Assembly (NCBI GenBank): GCA_964599095.1
Contig: CAZREB010000014.1
Location: 64,033-128,032 of the forward strand
Reading direction: 5' to 3'
Length of the DNA stretch: 64,000 nt
Source of the DNA: an uncultured Bordetella sp.
Lineage (GTDB): Bacteria; Pseudomonadota; Gammaproteobacteria; Burkholderiales; SG8-39
Part shown: in pieces, positions 26,351 through 34,838 of the stretch
Layout of the letters: every line of letters starts with the position of its first letter
Position numbering within the stretch: position 1 is the first letter of the stretch
The notes under the pieces: model-generated
What the model saw: the letters and a program-made list of their open reading frames with translations, nothing else
What the model was told of the DNA's origin: nothing
Databases searched by the model: none
Position numbers and translations under genes: made by a program

Positions 26351-26625
26351 TGCAGCGGCTTTGGCGCAGAAGGATAGCCGGCGTTTTCGGTCGCGCGCGT
26401 GAGCTGCTCCAGGGAGGTCTTGGTGTCATCGAATGTGACGACGGCGACCGGCGGCTCGAGCGTTACTTTCGCGTCGATCACGCCGGCGACCTTGCGCAGC
26501 GCAAGACGCACGGTAAGGGGGCAGGTCGAGCAGTTCATCCCTTTTACGTCGAGCTGGACCGTACGCTGCCCGGCCTGCGCAGGGAACGCGGCCAAAGCGA
26601 GGCTAAGAAAAAAGGCGCGGACCAT
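26347..26625 (-). CDS. merP: periplasmic mercury-binding protein MerP
   Basis: Signal peptide followed by an HMA fold with GMNCSTCP (the MerP GMxCxxC motif). Confidence 0.85.
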   Translation of the reverse strand: MVRAFFLSLALAAFPAQAGQRTVQLDVKGMNCSTCPLTVRLALRKVAGVIDAKVTLEPPVAVVTFDDTKTSLEQLTRATENAGYPSAPKPLQ

Positions 26626-26989
26626 AGAACGGGAAAAGCACAATGGCCTTGGCCGCGACAAGCGCGACCCAGAATGCAATGCGCTGGCGCCGCAGCACCG
26701 GCGCGGTTGCGCAGGCGGCGTCGGGGGTGCAGCGGCGCGGCGCCACGTACAGGCGCCAAAAAGCAAAGCCAAATGCGCCGAGCGCGAGGACAAGGAATAC
26801 CGGATAAAGAGGCTCGAGCGCGCGCAATCCGCTCGCCCAGGCGCCCCCGAGGCCCAGCGCCACGAGGACCAGCGGCCCTACACAGCAGGCCGACGCCCCG
26901 AGCGCCGCACCCATTCCGGCGAGGATCGGCGCAAGCGCGGAACGGGGTGCGTCCGGATCGGTCGCGGACACGGCGGGGTAAGAGTCCAT
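26603..26989 (-). CDS. merT: mercuric ion transporter MerT
   Basis: First TM carries the vicinal Cys pair GASACCVGPLVLVALG. A second Cys pair region (RRCTPDAAC) lies on the cytoplasmic loop. Three TM in total. Confidence 0.85.
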   Translation of the reverse strand: MDSYPAVSATDPDAPRSALAPILAGMGAALGASACCVGPLVLVALGLGGAWASGLRALEPLYPVFLVLALGAFGFAFWRLYVAPRRCTPDAACATAPVLRRQRIAFWVALVAAKAIVLFPFYGPRLFS

Positions 26990-26995
26990 GTGAAG

Positions 26996-27027
26996 ATGAT
27001 ACAGTCCGTACCCAGCTACGGAGTCAA
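26996..27027 (-). promoter_or_regulatory. mer operator/promoter (PmerT), divergent from merR
   Basis: The minus strand reads TTGACT-CCGTAgctgggTACGGActg-TATCAT. The dyad TCCGTA-N6-TACGGA between -35 and -10, with a 19-20 bp spacer, closely resembles the Tn501/Tn21 merO. Confidence 0.75.
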
Positions 27028-27039
27028 GGCGATTTTCGA

Positions 27040-27486
27040 ATGGAACCTCTGACCATCGGCGCTTTGGCCAAACAGGCCGGGGTGCACGTCGAAACCATCC
27101 GCTACTACCAGCGGCGCGGGTTGCTCGACGAGCCGGCCCGCCCGGCCGGCGGCATTCGCAGATACGGTGCGGACACTGCCGCGCGGATCGGCTTCATCAA
27201 GCGCGCGCAGGACATCGGCTTTTCGCTCGACGAGATCAAGGACCTCCTCAGGCTGGAACGGACCCCGGATTGCCGCGACGCGCGAAACATCGCCGAACGC
27301 AAGCTCTCGACCGTGCAGACGCGGATCGCGGACCTGCGTCGCGTGCGTCGCGTTCTCGCGACGCTGATCGCCGAATGCGACGCCGGGGGCGAGCGCCGCT
27401 GTCCGATCATCGATTGCCTCGCGGATACCAGCACGCAATCTCCGCCGGCGAACAAGACCAAGGTGCCGGTCAGACGCAATCGATGA
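27040..27486 (+). CDS. merR: Hg(II)-responsive transcriptional regulator MerR
   Basis: LTIGALAKQAGVHVETIRYYQRRGLL plus the three Hg-ligand Cys positions (TPDCRD; ECDAGGERRCPIID). Only the last 148 codons of ORF 26323-27486 are used. Confidence 0.9.
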   Translation: MEPLTIGALAKQAGVHVETIRYYQRRGLLDEPARPAGGIRRYGADTAARIGFIKRAQDIGFSLDEIKDLLRLERTPDCRDARNIAERKLSTVQTRIADLRRVRRVLATLIAECDAGGERRCPIIDCLADTSTQSPPANKTKVPVRRNR

Positions 27487-27528
27487 GGCGGGCCAAGATC
27501 GCCGGGTCCGGCTGAATTCGGACGCCGT

Positions 27529-28854
27529 TCAGAGTGTTGCAGGTTCGCCGATCACGAACACCGGCGCGAATCCGCCGCCGGGCGTGCGGAAGTTGGTCGT
27601 CTGTCCCTGGTACAGCCGCGCGGCGAGCATTTGTATCCTTCCGGCGTAGGCATAGGCGCGAACGTCGACTTTCAGGTCGCTGAGGACACCGTCGACCTCG
27701 ACCAGCCGCTCGCTCGGCGGCACCAGGGCCTGCGCCACGTAGTCGCCCGCCAGGATCGCCTGCCACACACGCTTGGTCAGCTTGTCGCCGCGATAGGCCG
27801 CTTTCCCGCCATATCCTGCCGCGGGCTTGAAGAAGCGCGCTCGCCGGGTCGCCCAGAGTTCGCCTGCGCGATCGGCGGTGACGCGCTCGGTCCGCGGGAC
27901 ACCGGCCGCAAGCACCGCGCGAATTGGCTCGGGCACGCCCAGTGAGGCAAGGGTAGCCGGATCGCTCAGCGTCACGAGATTGTGCTTGTTGGCGTACAGC
28001 GCGTGGGCGCGCGGGTGGGGCGTAAGCACGACGGCCCCCGATTCGTAGGCCGCGCGCAAGGCGGCGTGCGACGGATCCGAAAGGTAGAAATCGGTGAGGC
28101 GGTTATAGACCAGGTCCAGCGCCTTGCCCTGGTGCCACAACCGGCCGTCGCGCCACTCGAGCGCGCGGGCGTCCGCGACCACGGCCTCGATGCCGGCGTG
28201 CCCGAACAATCGTTCGAACAGCAGGAACTCCGGATAGAGATATTGCGCGGCAGGATCGTCGTCGACGATCGCGACGCGGGTGAGCGGGGCGGTGCCTCGC
28301 TGCAGGCGCCACTCCTGCATGAACATTTCCGTGAAAGTCCTGTCGAGCGCGGCGATATCGGTTGCGGTATCGACGCAGGCGTCCAGCAACTCGCGGCAGC
28401 ACGCGTGCTGCGCGCGCACAAGGGCGGCGTTCAGCAGCGCACCGCCGGAATTCGTGTTGATCTCGATCAGCCGCGGGCCGTCCGCGGTCAGGTGGAAATC
28501 GAAGCCCGTAAACGCGCCGCGCGGGCCGAAATCGAGGCGTGCCGAGTCCAGCGCGTTCGCGATGGCCGCATCGCGATACGTCGGGGTCGCGACCACGCGC
28601 TCGACGGCGGCCACGATCGCCGCCATGCGTTTGAATTGCGTTGCCGAGATGAAAACCGCGAACGACGAGAACAGGTTCGGTCGCGTGCGCGCGATCTCAG
28701 TGGCCAGCCCCGCGAGGAACGGCTCGTCCTCGAGTTCGCGGCGCAGGCGTTCGGTGTCGAGGCTGCGGCAGGCGCAGCCGCGGTTGAGGCTGTCGGCGCT
28801 GAACCCGCAAGCGGAAGAGCCGGACTCGGGTGCCGCGGTCAGCGGGCCGTTCAT
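27529..28854 (-). CDS. ATP-grasp-like ligase (glutathionylspermidine-synthase/YgiC-like?), last gene of the ars operon
   Basis: 441 aa starting MNGPLTAAP. GFDFHLTADGPRLIEINTNSGG (E-x-N Mg site, resembles the R-x-DF...G-x-x-KLLE-x-NADTP block of GspS-type ligases) and FFKPAAGYGGKAAY (Lys/Gly-rich ATP loop). The ATG overlaps the acr3 stop (ATGA at 28851-28854). The N-terminal 328 aa of track ORF 27529-29838 are an out-of-frame shadow of acr3. Confidence 0.55.
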   Translation of the reverse strand: MNGPLTAAPESGSSACGFSADSLNRGCACRSLDTERLRRELEDEPFLAGLATEIARTRPNLFSSFAVFISATQFKRMAAIVAAVERVVATPTYRDAAIANALDSARLDFGPRGAFTGFDFHLTADGPRLIEINTNSGGALLNAALVRAQHACCRELLDACVDTATDIAALDRTFTEMFMQEWRLQRGTAPLTRVAIVDDDPAAQYLYPEFLLFERLFGHAGIEAVVADARALEWRDGRLWHQGKALDLVYNRLTDFYLSDPSHAALRAAYESGAVVLTPHPRAHALYANKHNLVTLSDPATLASLGVPEPIRAVLAAGVPRTERVTADRAGELWATRRARFFKPAAGYGGKAAYRGDKLTKRVWQAILAGDYVAQALVPPSERLVEVDGVLSDLKVDVRAYAYAGRIQMLAARLYQGQTTNFRTPGGGFAPVFVIGEPATL

Positions 28855-29924
28855 CGGGCAATCCCCCGCTCGTACCAGACCTTGCTGCCGTTGACGAGGC
28901 GCACCACCAGCAGCATCACCGGCACCTCGATCAGCACGCCGACCACGGTGGCGAGCGCCGCGCCCGACTGGAAGCCGAACAGGCTGATTGCGGCAGCGAC
29001 CGCCAGCTCGAAAAAGTTGCTCGCGCCGATCAGCGCCGACGGGCAGGCGACGTCGTGCGACTCGCCTGCGAGGCGGTTGAGCCAGTAGGCCAGCGCCGAG
29101 TTGAAGAAGACCTGGACCAGGATCGGCACCGCCAGCATTGCGATCACCATCGGCTGCTCCAGGATCGCGTTTCCCTGGAAGCCGAACAGCAGCACAAGCG
29201 TTGCAAGCAGCGCGGCCACCGACCACGGGCCGATGCGGGTCATCGCAGCGTCGAAGGCAGTCTTCCCACGCTTCAGCAGCGACTTGCGCCACCACTGCGA
29301 CAGGATCACAGGGATCGCGATGTACAGCACCACCGAAGTGAGCAGCGTGTCCCACGGCACCGTAATCGACGAAAGCCCGAGGAGCAGCGCCACGATGGGC
29401 GCGAACGCGAACACCATGATCGTGTCGTTCAGCGCGACCTGCGAAAGCGTGAACAGCGGGTCGCCGTGCGTCAGCCGGCTCCAGACGAACACCATCGCGG
29501 TGCAGGGCGCGGCCGCCAGCAGGATCAGGCCTGCGATGTAGCTGTCGAGTTGGTCGGCAGGCAGGTGTTGCGCGAAGACGTGGCGGATGAAGATCCATCC
29601 CAGCAGCGCCATCGAGAACGGCTTGACCGCCCAGTTGACGAACAGCGTCACGCCGATCCCGCGCCAGTGGCGCCTGACCTGGGCGAGCGCGCCGAAGTCG
29701 ACCTTCAGCAGCATCGGGATGATCATGACCCAGATCAAGAGGCCGACCGGCAGGTTGACCTGCGCGAATTCCATGCGCCCGACGGCCTGCACCGGACCCG
29801 GCAGCAACTGGCCCAGGACGATCCCGGCGACGATGCACAGGAAGACCCAGAGCGTAAGGTAGCGCTCGAAGACGTTGAGCGGCGCCGGTGCGGCAGCGGG
29901 GGCGGGTAGGACGTCGGCGGTCAT
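28851..29924 (-). CDS. acr3: arsenite efflux permease, ACR3 family
   Basis: LNVFERYLTLWVFLCIVAGI N-terminus, conserved AAAPCTAMVFVW (essential Cys motif) and 10 TM. Confidence 0.9.
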   Translation of the reverse strand: MTADVLPAPAAAPAPLNVFERYLTLWVFLCIVAGIVLGQLLPGPVQAVGRMEFAQVNLPVGLLIWVMIIPMLLKVDFGALAQVRRHWRGIGVTLFVNWAVKPFSMALLGWIFIRHVFAQHLPADQLDSYIAGLILLAAAPCTAMVFVWSRLTHGDPLFTLSQVALNDTIMVFAFAPIVALLLGLSSITVPWDTLLTSVVLYIAIPVILSQWWRKSLLKRGKTAFDAAMTRIGPWSVAALLATLVLLFGFQGNAILEQPMVIAMLAVPILVQVFFNSALAYWLNRLAGESHDVACPSALIGASNFFELAVAAAISLFGFQSGAALATVVGVLIEVPVMLLVVRLVNGSKVWYERGIAR

Positions 29925-29934
29925 CGGCGGGTCC

Positions 29935-30438
29935 TCAACTGCGGCCGATTTCCGCCAACGCGGCTTGCAGCGCGGGGCGATCGATGGTGTCCAGCGGCAG
30001 CGCCAGCAACTGGAGCATCCGGTAACCGATGGCCTGTCGCGTCAGCTCGAAGGCGCGGCGCTTGCCTTCGTCGCCGCCCTCGGCGTTCGAAGGATCGGCA
30101 TAGCCCCAGTGGACCTTGACCGGTTGTCCCCGGCCGCCGAAGAACACTGGGCAGGGTTCCGCGGCGGCGCTGTCGCAAACCGTGATGACGATGGACAGCG
30201 GCGGGCCGCCGGCGGCGCAGAACTCGTCCCAGCTCTTGCTGCGGCAACCGCTCGTTTCGATCCCGGCGTTCCGCAACGCTTCGATCGCGAACGGGTTGAC
30301 GCGTCCGCTCGGCGCGCTGCCGGCGCTGTGCGCCGCGACGTCGCGCCCCAGCCTTGCCGCCCAGTGGTTGAGCATGCCTTCGGCCAGCACGCTTCGCGCC
30401 GAGTTGTGGGTGCACAGGATCAGGACGTGGATGGTCAT
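29935..30438 (-). CDS. arsC: arsenate reductase, LMW-PTPase (thioredoxin-coupled) type
   Basis: MTIHVLILCTHNSARS (CX5R P-loop) and the downstream Cys pair VCDSAAAEPC. Start taken at the internal ATG 30438. Confidence 0.85.
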   Translation of the reverse strand: MTIHVLILCTHNSARSVLAEGMLNHWAARLGRDVAAHSAGSAPSGRVNPFAIEALRNAGIETSGCRSKSWDEFCAAGGPPLSIVITVCDSAAAEPCPVFFGGRGQPVKVHWGYADPSNAEGGDEGKRRAFELTRQAIGYRMLQLLALPLDTIDRPALQAALAEIGRS

Positions 30439-30466
30439 GGGTGGCCGGCAGCAAGCCGCCTCCCGG

Positions 30467-30793
30467 TCAGTTCGCAGTGCGCTCGGGGAGGGGCGCAATG
30501 TCGCAAGCGGCCCCGTTGCAGCAATGCGCGGTCAGATAAGCCAGCAAATTGTTCATCTGGCCGATGGATGCCCGGTAGATGAGGTTGCGGCCGTCGCGCT
30601 CCTGCGTAACCAGGTCCGCGTGCATCAGCTCCTTCAGGTGGAAGGAAAGCGTCGAAGCCGGCACGTCGAGCATCGCCGACAGCGCGCCCGGCGTCATGCC
30701 TTGCGGCCCGGCGCCGATCAGCGCGCGGAAGACCCGCAGGCGCATGGACTGGGCAAGCGCCGCCAAGGAGGCAACCGCATTCTTCTCTTTCAT
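30467..30793 (-). CDS. arsR: ArsR/SmtB-family arsenite-responsive repressor
   Basis: wHTH LSAMLDVPASTLSFHLKELMHADLV and the C-terminal Cys cluster HCCNGAAC (AfArsR-type As(III) site). Confidence 0.85.
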   Translation of the reverse strand: MKEKNAVASLAALAQSMRLRVFRALIGAGPQGMTPGALSAMLDVPASTLSFHLKELMHADLVTQERDGRNLIYRASIGQMNNLLAYLTAHCCNGAACDIAPLPERTAN

Positions 30794-30799
30794 ATTTCG

Positions 30800-30828
30800 A
30801 TGATAATAGAAATATATTGAACCGTCAA
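30800..30828 (-). promoter_or_regulatory. putative sigma70 promoter of the ars operon, possibly giving a leaderless arsR mRNA
   Basis: The minus strand reads TTGACG-17 nt-TATCAT-cgaaat-ATG, inside the only strongly AT-rich patch of the region. No Shine-Dalgarno fits between the -10 and the ATG. Confidence 0.45.
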
Positions 30829-30844
30829 CAGGTCTTGGGGCCTT

Positions 30845-32425
30845 TCAAGCCGCGACGCGGAAGGTATCCCGGCCCGCCGCCTTCGCCTCGTACAGCGCCT
30901 TGTCAGCGCGGCGCACGAGCTCGTCGGCATCGATGTCGGCCGCGCTCGCGAAGCTCAGGCCGATGCTGACCGTGATGCGGATCTCGGCTTTCCCGACGAT
31001 CACCGGCACGCGCATCGCGGCGAGGATCTTTTCGGCAACCCGGAGCGCGTCCCTGCGGCCGCCGAGGTCGTCGAGAAGGACCACGAACTCGTCGCCGCCC
31101 AGCCGGGCGACCGTGTCGGACTCGCGCACGTTCTGCTGCAACCGGTGAGCGAATTCCCGGAGCAACGTGTCTCCCGCAATGTGGCCGCGGCTGTCGTTGA
31201 TCGCCTTGAACTTGTCGATGTCCAGGTACATGAGTGCGATCAGCGATCCGCTGCGCCGGCTGCGCACTGCGGCTTGCTGCAACCGGTCGAGGAACAGCGC
31301 CCGCGAGGCAACCCCGGTGAGCGAATCGTGGTTGACCGCATGCACGAGCGCGGCCGCCGTTTCATGCTTCGACTTGAGCAGTTCGTTGAATTCGCGCGCT
31401 ACGTCGCCGATCTCGTCCTGTGTCCCGACGGGCAGCAGGAGCCCTTTGCCTGGCTGCCCGCGGATCCAGCGGGCGGCATTGCGCAGGTGAATCAGCGGAC
31501 CGAGCAGCCGGAACACGCCCAGCCACACCAGCGGCGCGAGCACCAGGGCGAGCGAAAACGTGACGATGGCAATGCGCTTTTGCGCCGCCGCGATCGGCGC
31601 GAAAGCTTCCTCGACCGGGAGCGCGGCGACCAGCGCCCAGGGCACCGACGCGAGATGCTTGAATCCGAAGACCGCGTGCAGCCCCCGGCTGTTCACGTCT
31701 TCCTCCCAGCCGTCCTCGCCCGCCACCAGCCGGTCGAGATACCGGGTGCTTCCGGCCGCCGGCCCCTTGGTCATGATGCGTTCGGCGTCGCGCGAAAGCA
31801 CGATGGTCCGGTCGTTGCCGATGAGCGCGAACATGCCGGTCTTGCCGACCTTGGCCTGACGCAACTCCCCGAGAAAATTGGGCTTCAGCAGGTTGAGCTG
31901 GCCGCCCAGCACGGCGATCACGTTTCCGCCCGCGTCGAGGACGGGCGCGGTGATCATGACGTTCGGCTGCTTGTTGGCCTTGGCAAGGTAGGGCTCCGAG
32001 ATCACGCCCTTGCGGCGGTGGATCGTCTGCTGGAAGTACTCCCGGTCGGCCGCCGTAAGCCCGGCCGGAATCGGCACGAAGGGCATTCGGGCGGTGACCG
32101 CGCCGTCGGCGGCAAACCCGAACAGGTCGTCGAACATTTCGCCCAGCGTCGGCAGGTCCTCCAGCAACGCCTGCATCCGCTCGGGCTGTGCTCGTCCGCC
32201 AAGGCGTTGCGCAAGATGCTTGGCCGCTGCATTCAGCGCGCGGACCCGGAGCCGGAACTTCTCGTCGATGCCCTCGGCCTCCTGGCGCGCGATCGTGAAC
32301 TGTTGCGCGCCGATGACCTCTCGAAGGTCCTCCTTGACCAGGTACATGCTTACGGCCGACAGCACAGCGATCGTGTTGGCGAAGATGAGGGTGGCGAAGA
32401 GCGTCGATTTTGTCTTTATGTTCAC
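30845..32425 (-). CDS. sensor diguanylate cyclase (Cache-like periplasmic domain, HAMP, GGDEF)
   Basis: Two TM flank a periplasmic domain of about 270 aa. HAMP region, then DSLTGV...RLGGDEFVV...GRD (GGDEF with active-site GGDEF intact). Confidence 0.85.
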   Translation of the reverse strand: MNIKTKSTLFATLIFANTIAVLSAVSMYLVKEDLREVIGAQQFTIARQEAEGIDEKFRLRVRALNAAAKHLAQRLGGRAQPERMQALLEDLPTLGEMFDDLFGFAADGAVTARMPFVPIPAGLTAADREYFQQTIHRRKGVISEPYLAKANKQPNVMITAPVLDAGGNVIAVLGGQLNLLKPNFLGELRQAKVGKTGMFALIGNDRTIVLSRDAERIMTKGPAAGSTRYLDRLVAGEDGWEEDVNSRGLHAVFGFKHLASVPWALVAALPVEEAFAPIAAAQKRIAIVTFSLALVLAPLVWLGVFRLLGPLIHLRNAARWIRGQPGKGLLLPVGTQDEIGDVAREFNELLKSKHETAAALVHAVNHDSLTGVASRALFLDRLQQAAVRSRRSGSLIALMYLDIDKFKAINDSRGHIAGDTLLREFAHRLQQNVRESDTVARLGGDEFVVLLDDLGGRRDALRVAEKILAAMRVPVIVGKAEIRITVSIGLSFASAADIDADELVRRADKALYEAKAAGRDTFRVAA

Positions 32426-32644
32426 TAACTGATGCCCTGTGCGGAGGCGCGGCTGCCGGGTTGTCTGACTTCAACGCGCCAAGAATTTCGGCGTTTCGTC
32501 AGGGACTTGCGTCTACCCGATCTTGGACCTGCCCAGCCGCGCGATCGGGATCCGTACGAAAATCGAATTGTGGAACATTCAAGTTACCGGATCGAACTCT
32601 GGCGCGGTTCTCCTGCCAATGAATATAAGCGTTCCAGTATATCA

Positions 32645-33832
32645 CTAGCGCCGCGACCACCATAGGGCGAGCGGGCCCAGCAGGATGCCGGCGCCCATCA
32701 CCATGAAGGCGGCGAGCCAGCCGGACGCGCTGGATGCGCCGCCGGCCGCGTCGATCGCGGCGCCGACCGCCCAGCCGCCGGCGGCCGAAAGCCCGAAACC
32801 GACGGTCGAATGCAGCGCGAGCGTCGCGCCGCGATAGCGCTGCTCGGCTGCGGCGGACATTCCGGACGTCAACGCACCGGAGTCGGCCGGCAGCGTGAAT
32901 GCATAGCAAAGAAGTAATCCCAGCGACAGCCACGGCGACAGCCCTGCGGTAAGGCCGAGCGCCGCCGCGACTAGTCCGGAGGCGAGCATCACGATCGTGA
33001 TTGCGCGATGCCGGCCGTATTTCAGCGCCGCCTCGTTGCCCAGGATGCTGGCCGGCAGCGAAAGGACGGTGAAGACCACGCTGACCGTGATCGCATCGAA
33101 CGGCGCCGAACCGCCGGCGCGCGCTGCGACGAATCCCCAGAACGCAACGATCCATGTGCGCATGCCGTAGAGCTCGAAGCAGTGCGCGCCGTAGCCGAGG
33201 ATGTAGCCGAGCGCCGTCCGATTGCGCAGCACCGGGCGGAAATCGAGCAGCGCGCCCTGGCGGGGAGGCGGCGGAACCGGACGCAAGGACAGCGCGGCTG
33301 CCGCCATTGCGGCCGGCCCGATGCCGGTGACCAGGAAAGCCGCACGCCAGCCCCAGTGTTCGGCGACGACCTGCGAGACGAGGAAGGACAAGCCGACCCC
33401 GACCGAAAAACTCGCGGTGTAGAGCGTGACGCTGCGCGAGGTGTCGCCCGGATCGAGCCGGTCGGTCAGCGCCTTGAGTCCCGGCATGTAAGCCCCGGCG
33501 AACCCGATCCCGGCGAGTCCCCAGATGATGATTGCGGATACCAGCCCTTGCGCCACCCAGCCGAACAACAGGGTCGCGATCCCGCTGACCAGCGAACCCC
33601 AGAACAGGATCCATCTCGCGTCCACGCGGTCGGTCAAGGTGGTCAGCACCGGGACCGCAAACATGTATCCGGCCGCATAACTGGCCGCCATCAGCCCGCC
33701 TTCCGAATAACTCAGTCCCCATTCCGGGATCAGCCAGCCGGGCATCACGGCAGGCAGGACCACGTGCGGCAGGAGCGAGCCGAGTTGCGCGGCGCTCATC
33801 GTGGCGACCAGGGCGCGGCCCTTCATTGGCAA
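32645..33832 (-). CDS. MFS transporter
   Basis: 395 aa with about 12 TM and the MFS loop motif LTDRVDARW between TM2 and TM3. Confidence 0.75.
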   Translation of the reverse strand: MPMKGRALVATMSAAQLGSLLPHVVLPAVMPGWLIPEWGLSYSEGGLMAASYAAGYMFAVPVLTTLTDRVDARWILFWGSLVSGIATLLFGWVAQGLVSAIIIWGLAGIGFAGAYMPGLKALTDRLDPGDTSRSVTLYTASFSVGVGLSFLVSQVVAEHWGWRAAFLVTGIGPAAMAAAALSLRPVPPPPRQGALLDFRPVLRNRTALGYILGYGAHCFELYGMRTWIVAFWGFVAARAGGSAPFDAITVSVVFTVLSLPASILGNEAALKYGRHRAITIVMLASGLVAAALGLTAGLSPWLSLGLLLCYAFTLPADSGALTSGMSAAAEQRYRGATLALHSTVGFGLSAAGGWAVGAAIDAAGGASSASGWLAAFMVMGAGILLGPLALWWSRR

Positions 33833-34043
33833 TTCTCGATCTTCACTTGGGATCGGCCGGTCGGGATCGCGTCGGGGTCGGGACTCCGACTATACCGGCG
33901 CCTTGCAGGCCGGCCGCCGCCGGTTCGCACGCCGCCCCGATCCGAGCGCAATTTGTTGATCTTGCGCGGGGTTTTGGTTTGACCCGGACCCGCCAGGCAC
34001 GGTAAAATCGCACGCTTTGCCTGTACGGATTCCGGATTTCAAA

Positions 34044-34835
34044 ATGCGGCGCGAGAAAGCACCCGAAGGAACGCCGCGCGGTCGGCTGGTCGCGGGGAAC
34101 TGGAAAATGCACGGCAGCCGTGCGACCAACCCGGCGCTGCTGGATGCGTTGCATGGCGCGGCCGGCCAGCTTGGCAGCGTCGAGTGCGCCGTCTGCGTCC
34201 CGTTTCCTTTCCTCGCCGATGCGTCTGCCCGGTTGACCGGCTCGAAGGTGGTCCTCGGCGCGCAGAACGTGAGCGAGTTCGCCTCGGGCGCCTACACCGG
34301 TGAAGTGTCCGCGGCGATGCTTGCCGAATTCGGCTGCGGATTCGTGCTGGTCGGGCATTCTGAACGGCGCGCGATGTTCGGCGAAACCGACGCACAGGTC
34401 GCAAAGAAGTTCGTCGCCGCCCGGAAAGCGGGGCTGACGCCGATCGTGTGCGTAGGCGAAACACTGGGCGAGCGCGAAGCGTCGCGCACCGAAGAGGTGG
34501 TGGCGAGGCAGCTCGGTGCGGTCGTGGAGCTTGCGGGCGTTGCCGCTCTGGCGAAGGCCGTGCTTGCGTATGAGCCGGTCTGGGCGATTGGCACCGGCCG
34601 CACCGCGACGCCCGAGCAGGCGCAGGCGGTGCATGCGTTTCTGCGTGCGAGAGTCGCGTCGAAGGACCGGGATGTTGCGGCGGGCCTGCGCATTCTGTAC
34701 GGCGGCAGCGTGAAGCCCGGCAATGCGGGCGAAATATTTGCGAAAGACGATGTTGACGGGGGGCTGATCGGCGGCGCCTCGCTTGTGGCGGAAGATTTTC
34801 TCGCGATCTGCAAAGCTGCAGCAGCGAAGAGGTAG
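34044..34835 (+). CDS. tpiA: triosephosphate isomerase
   Basis: VAGNWKMHG, VGHSERR and AYEPVWAIGTG motifs. ATG 34017 is an alternative start. Confidence 0.9.
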   Translation: MRREKAPEGTPRGRLVAGNWKMHGSRATNPALLDALHGAAGQLGSVECAVCVPFPFLADASARLTGSKVVLGAQNVSEFASGAYTGEVSAAMLAEFGCGFVLVGHSERRAMFGETDAQVAKKFVAARKAGLTPIVCVGETLGEREASRTEEVVARQLGAVVELAGVAALAKAVLAYEPVWAIGTGRTATPEQAQAVHAFLRARVASKDRDVAAGLRILYGGSVKPGNAGEIFAKDDVDGGLIGGASLVAEDFLAICKAAAAKR

Positions 34836-34838
34836 CGA

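Noticed and set aside
26323-27039. Long upstream extension of the merR frame (the first 239 codons of ORF 26323-27486), and similar extensions of other ORFs such as 6305-6586, 35645-35863, 59058-59804 and 59972-60661.
   Set aside because: The extensions run antisense or out of frame through merT/merP and other well-supported genes. The recognisable protein families begin at internal start codons with sensible spacing.
28855-29838. N-terminal 328 aa of the 769-aa ORF 27529-29838.
   Set aside because: This part overlaps acr3 out of frame, is Arg/Pro/Gly-rich and has no motifs. The real gene most plausibly begins at ATG 28854, which overlaps the acr3 stop.
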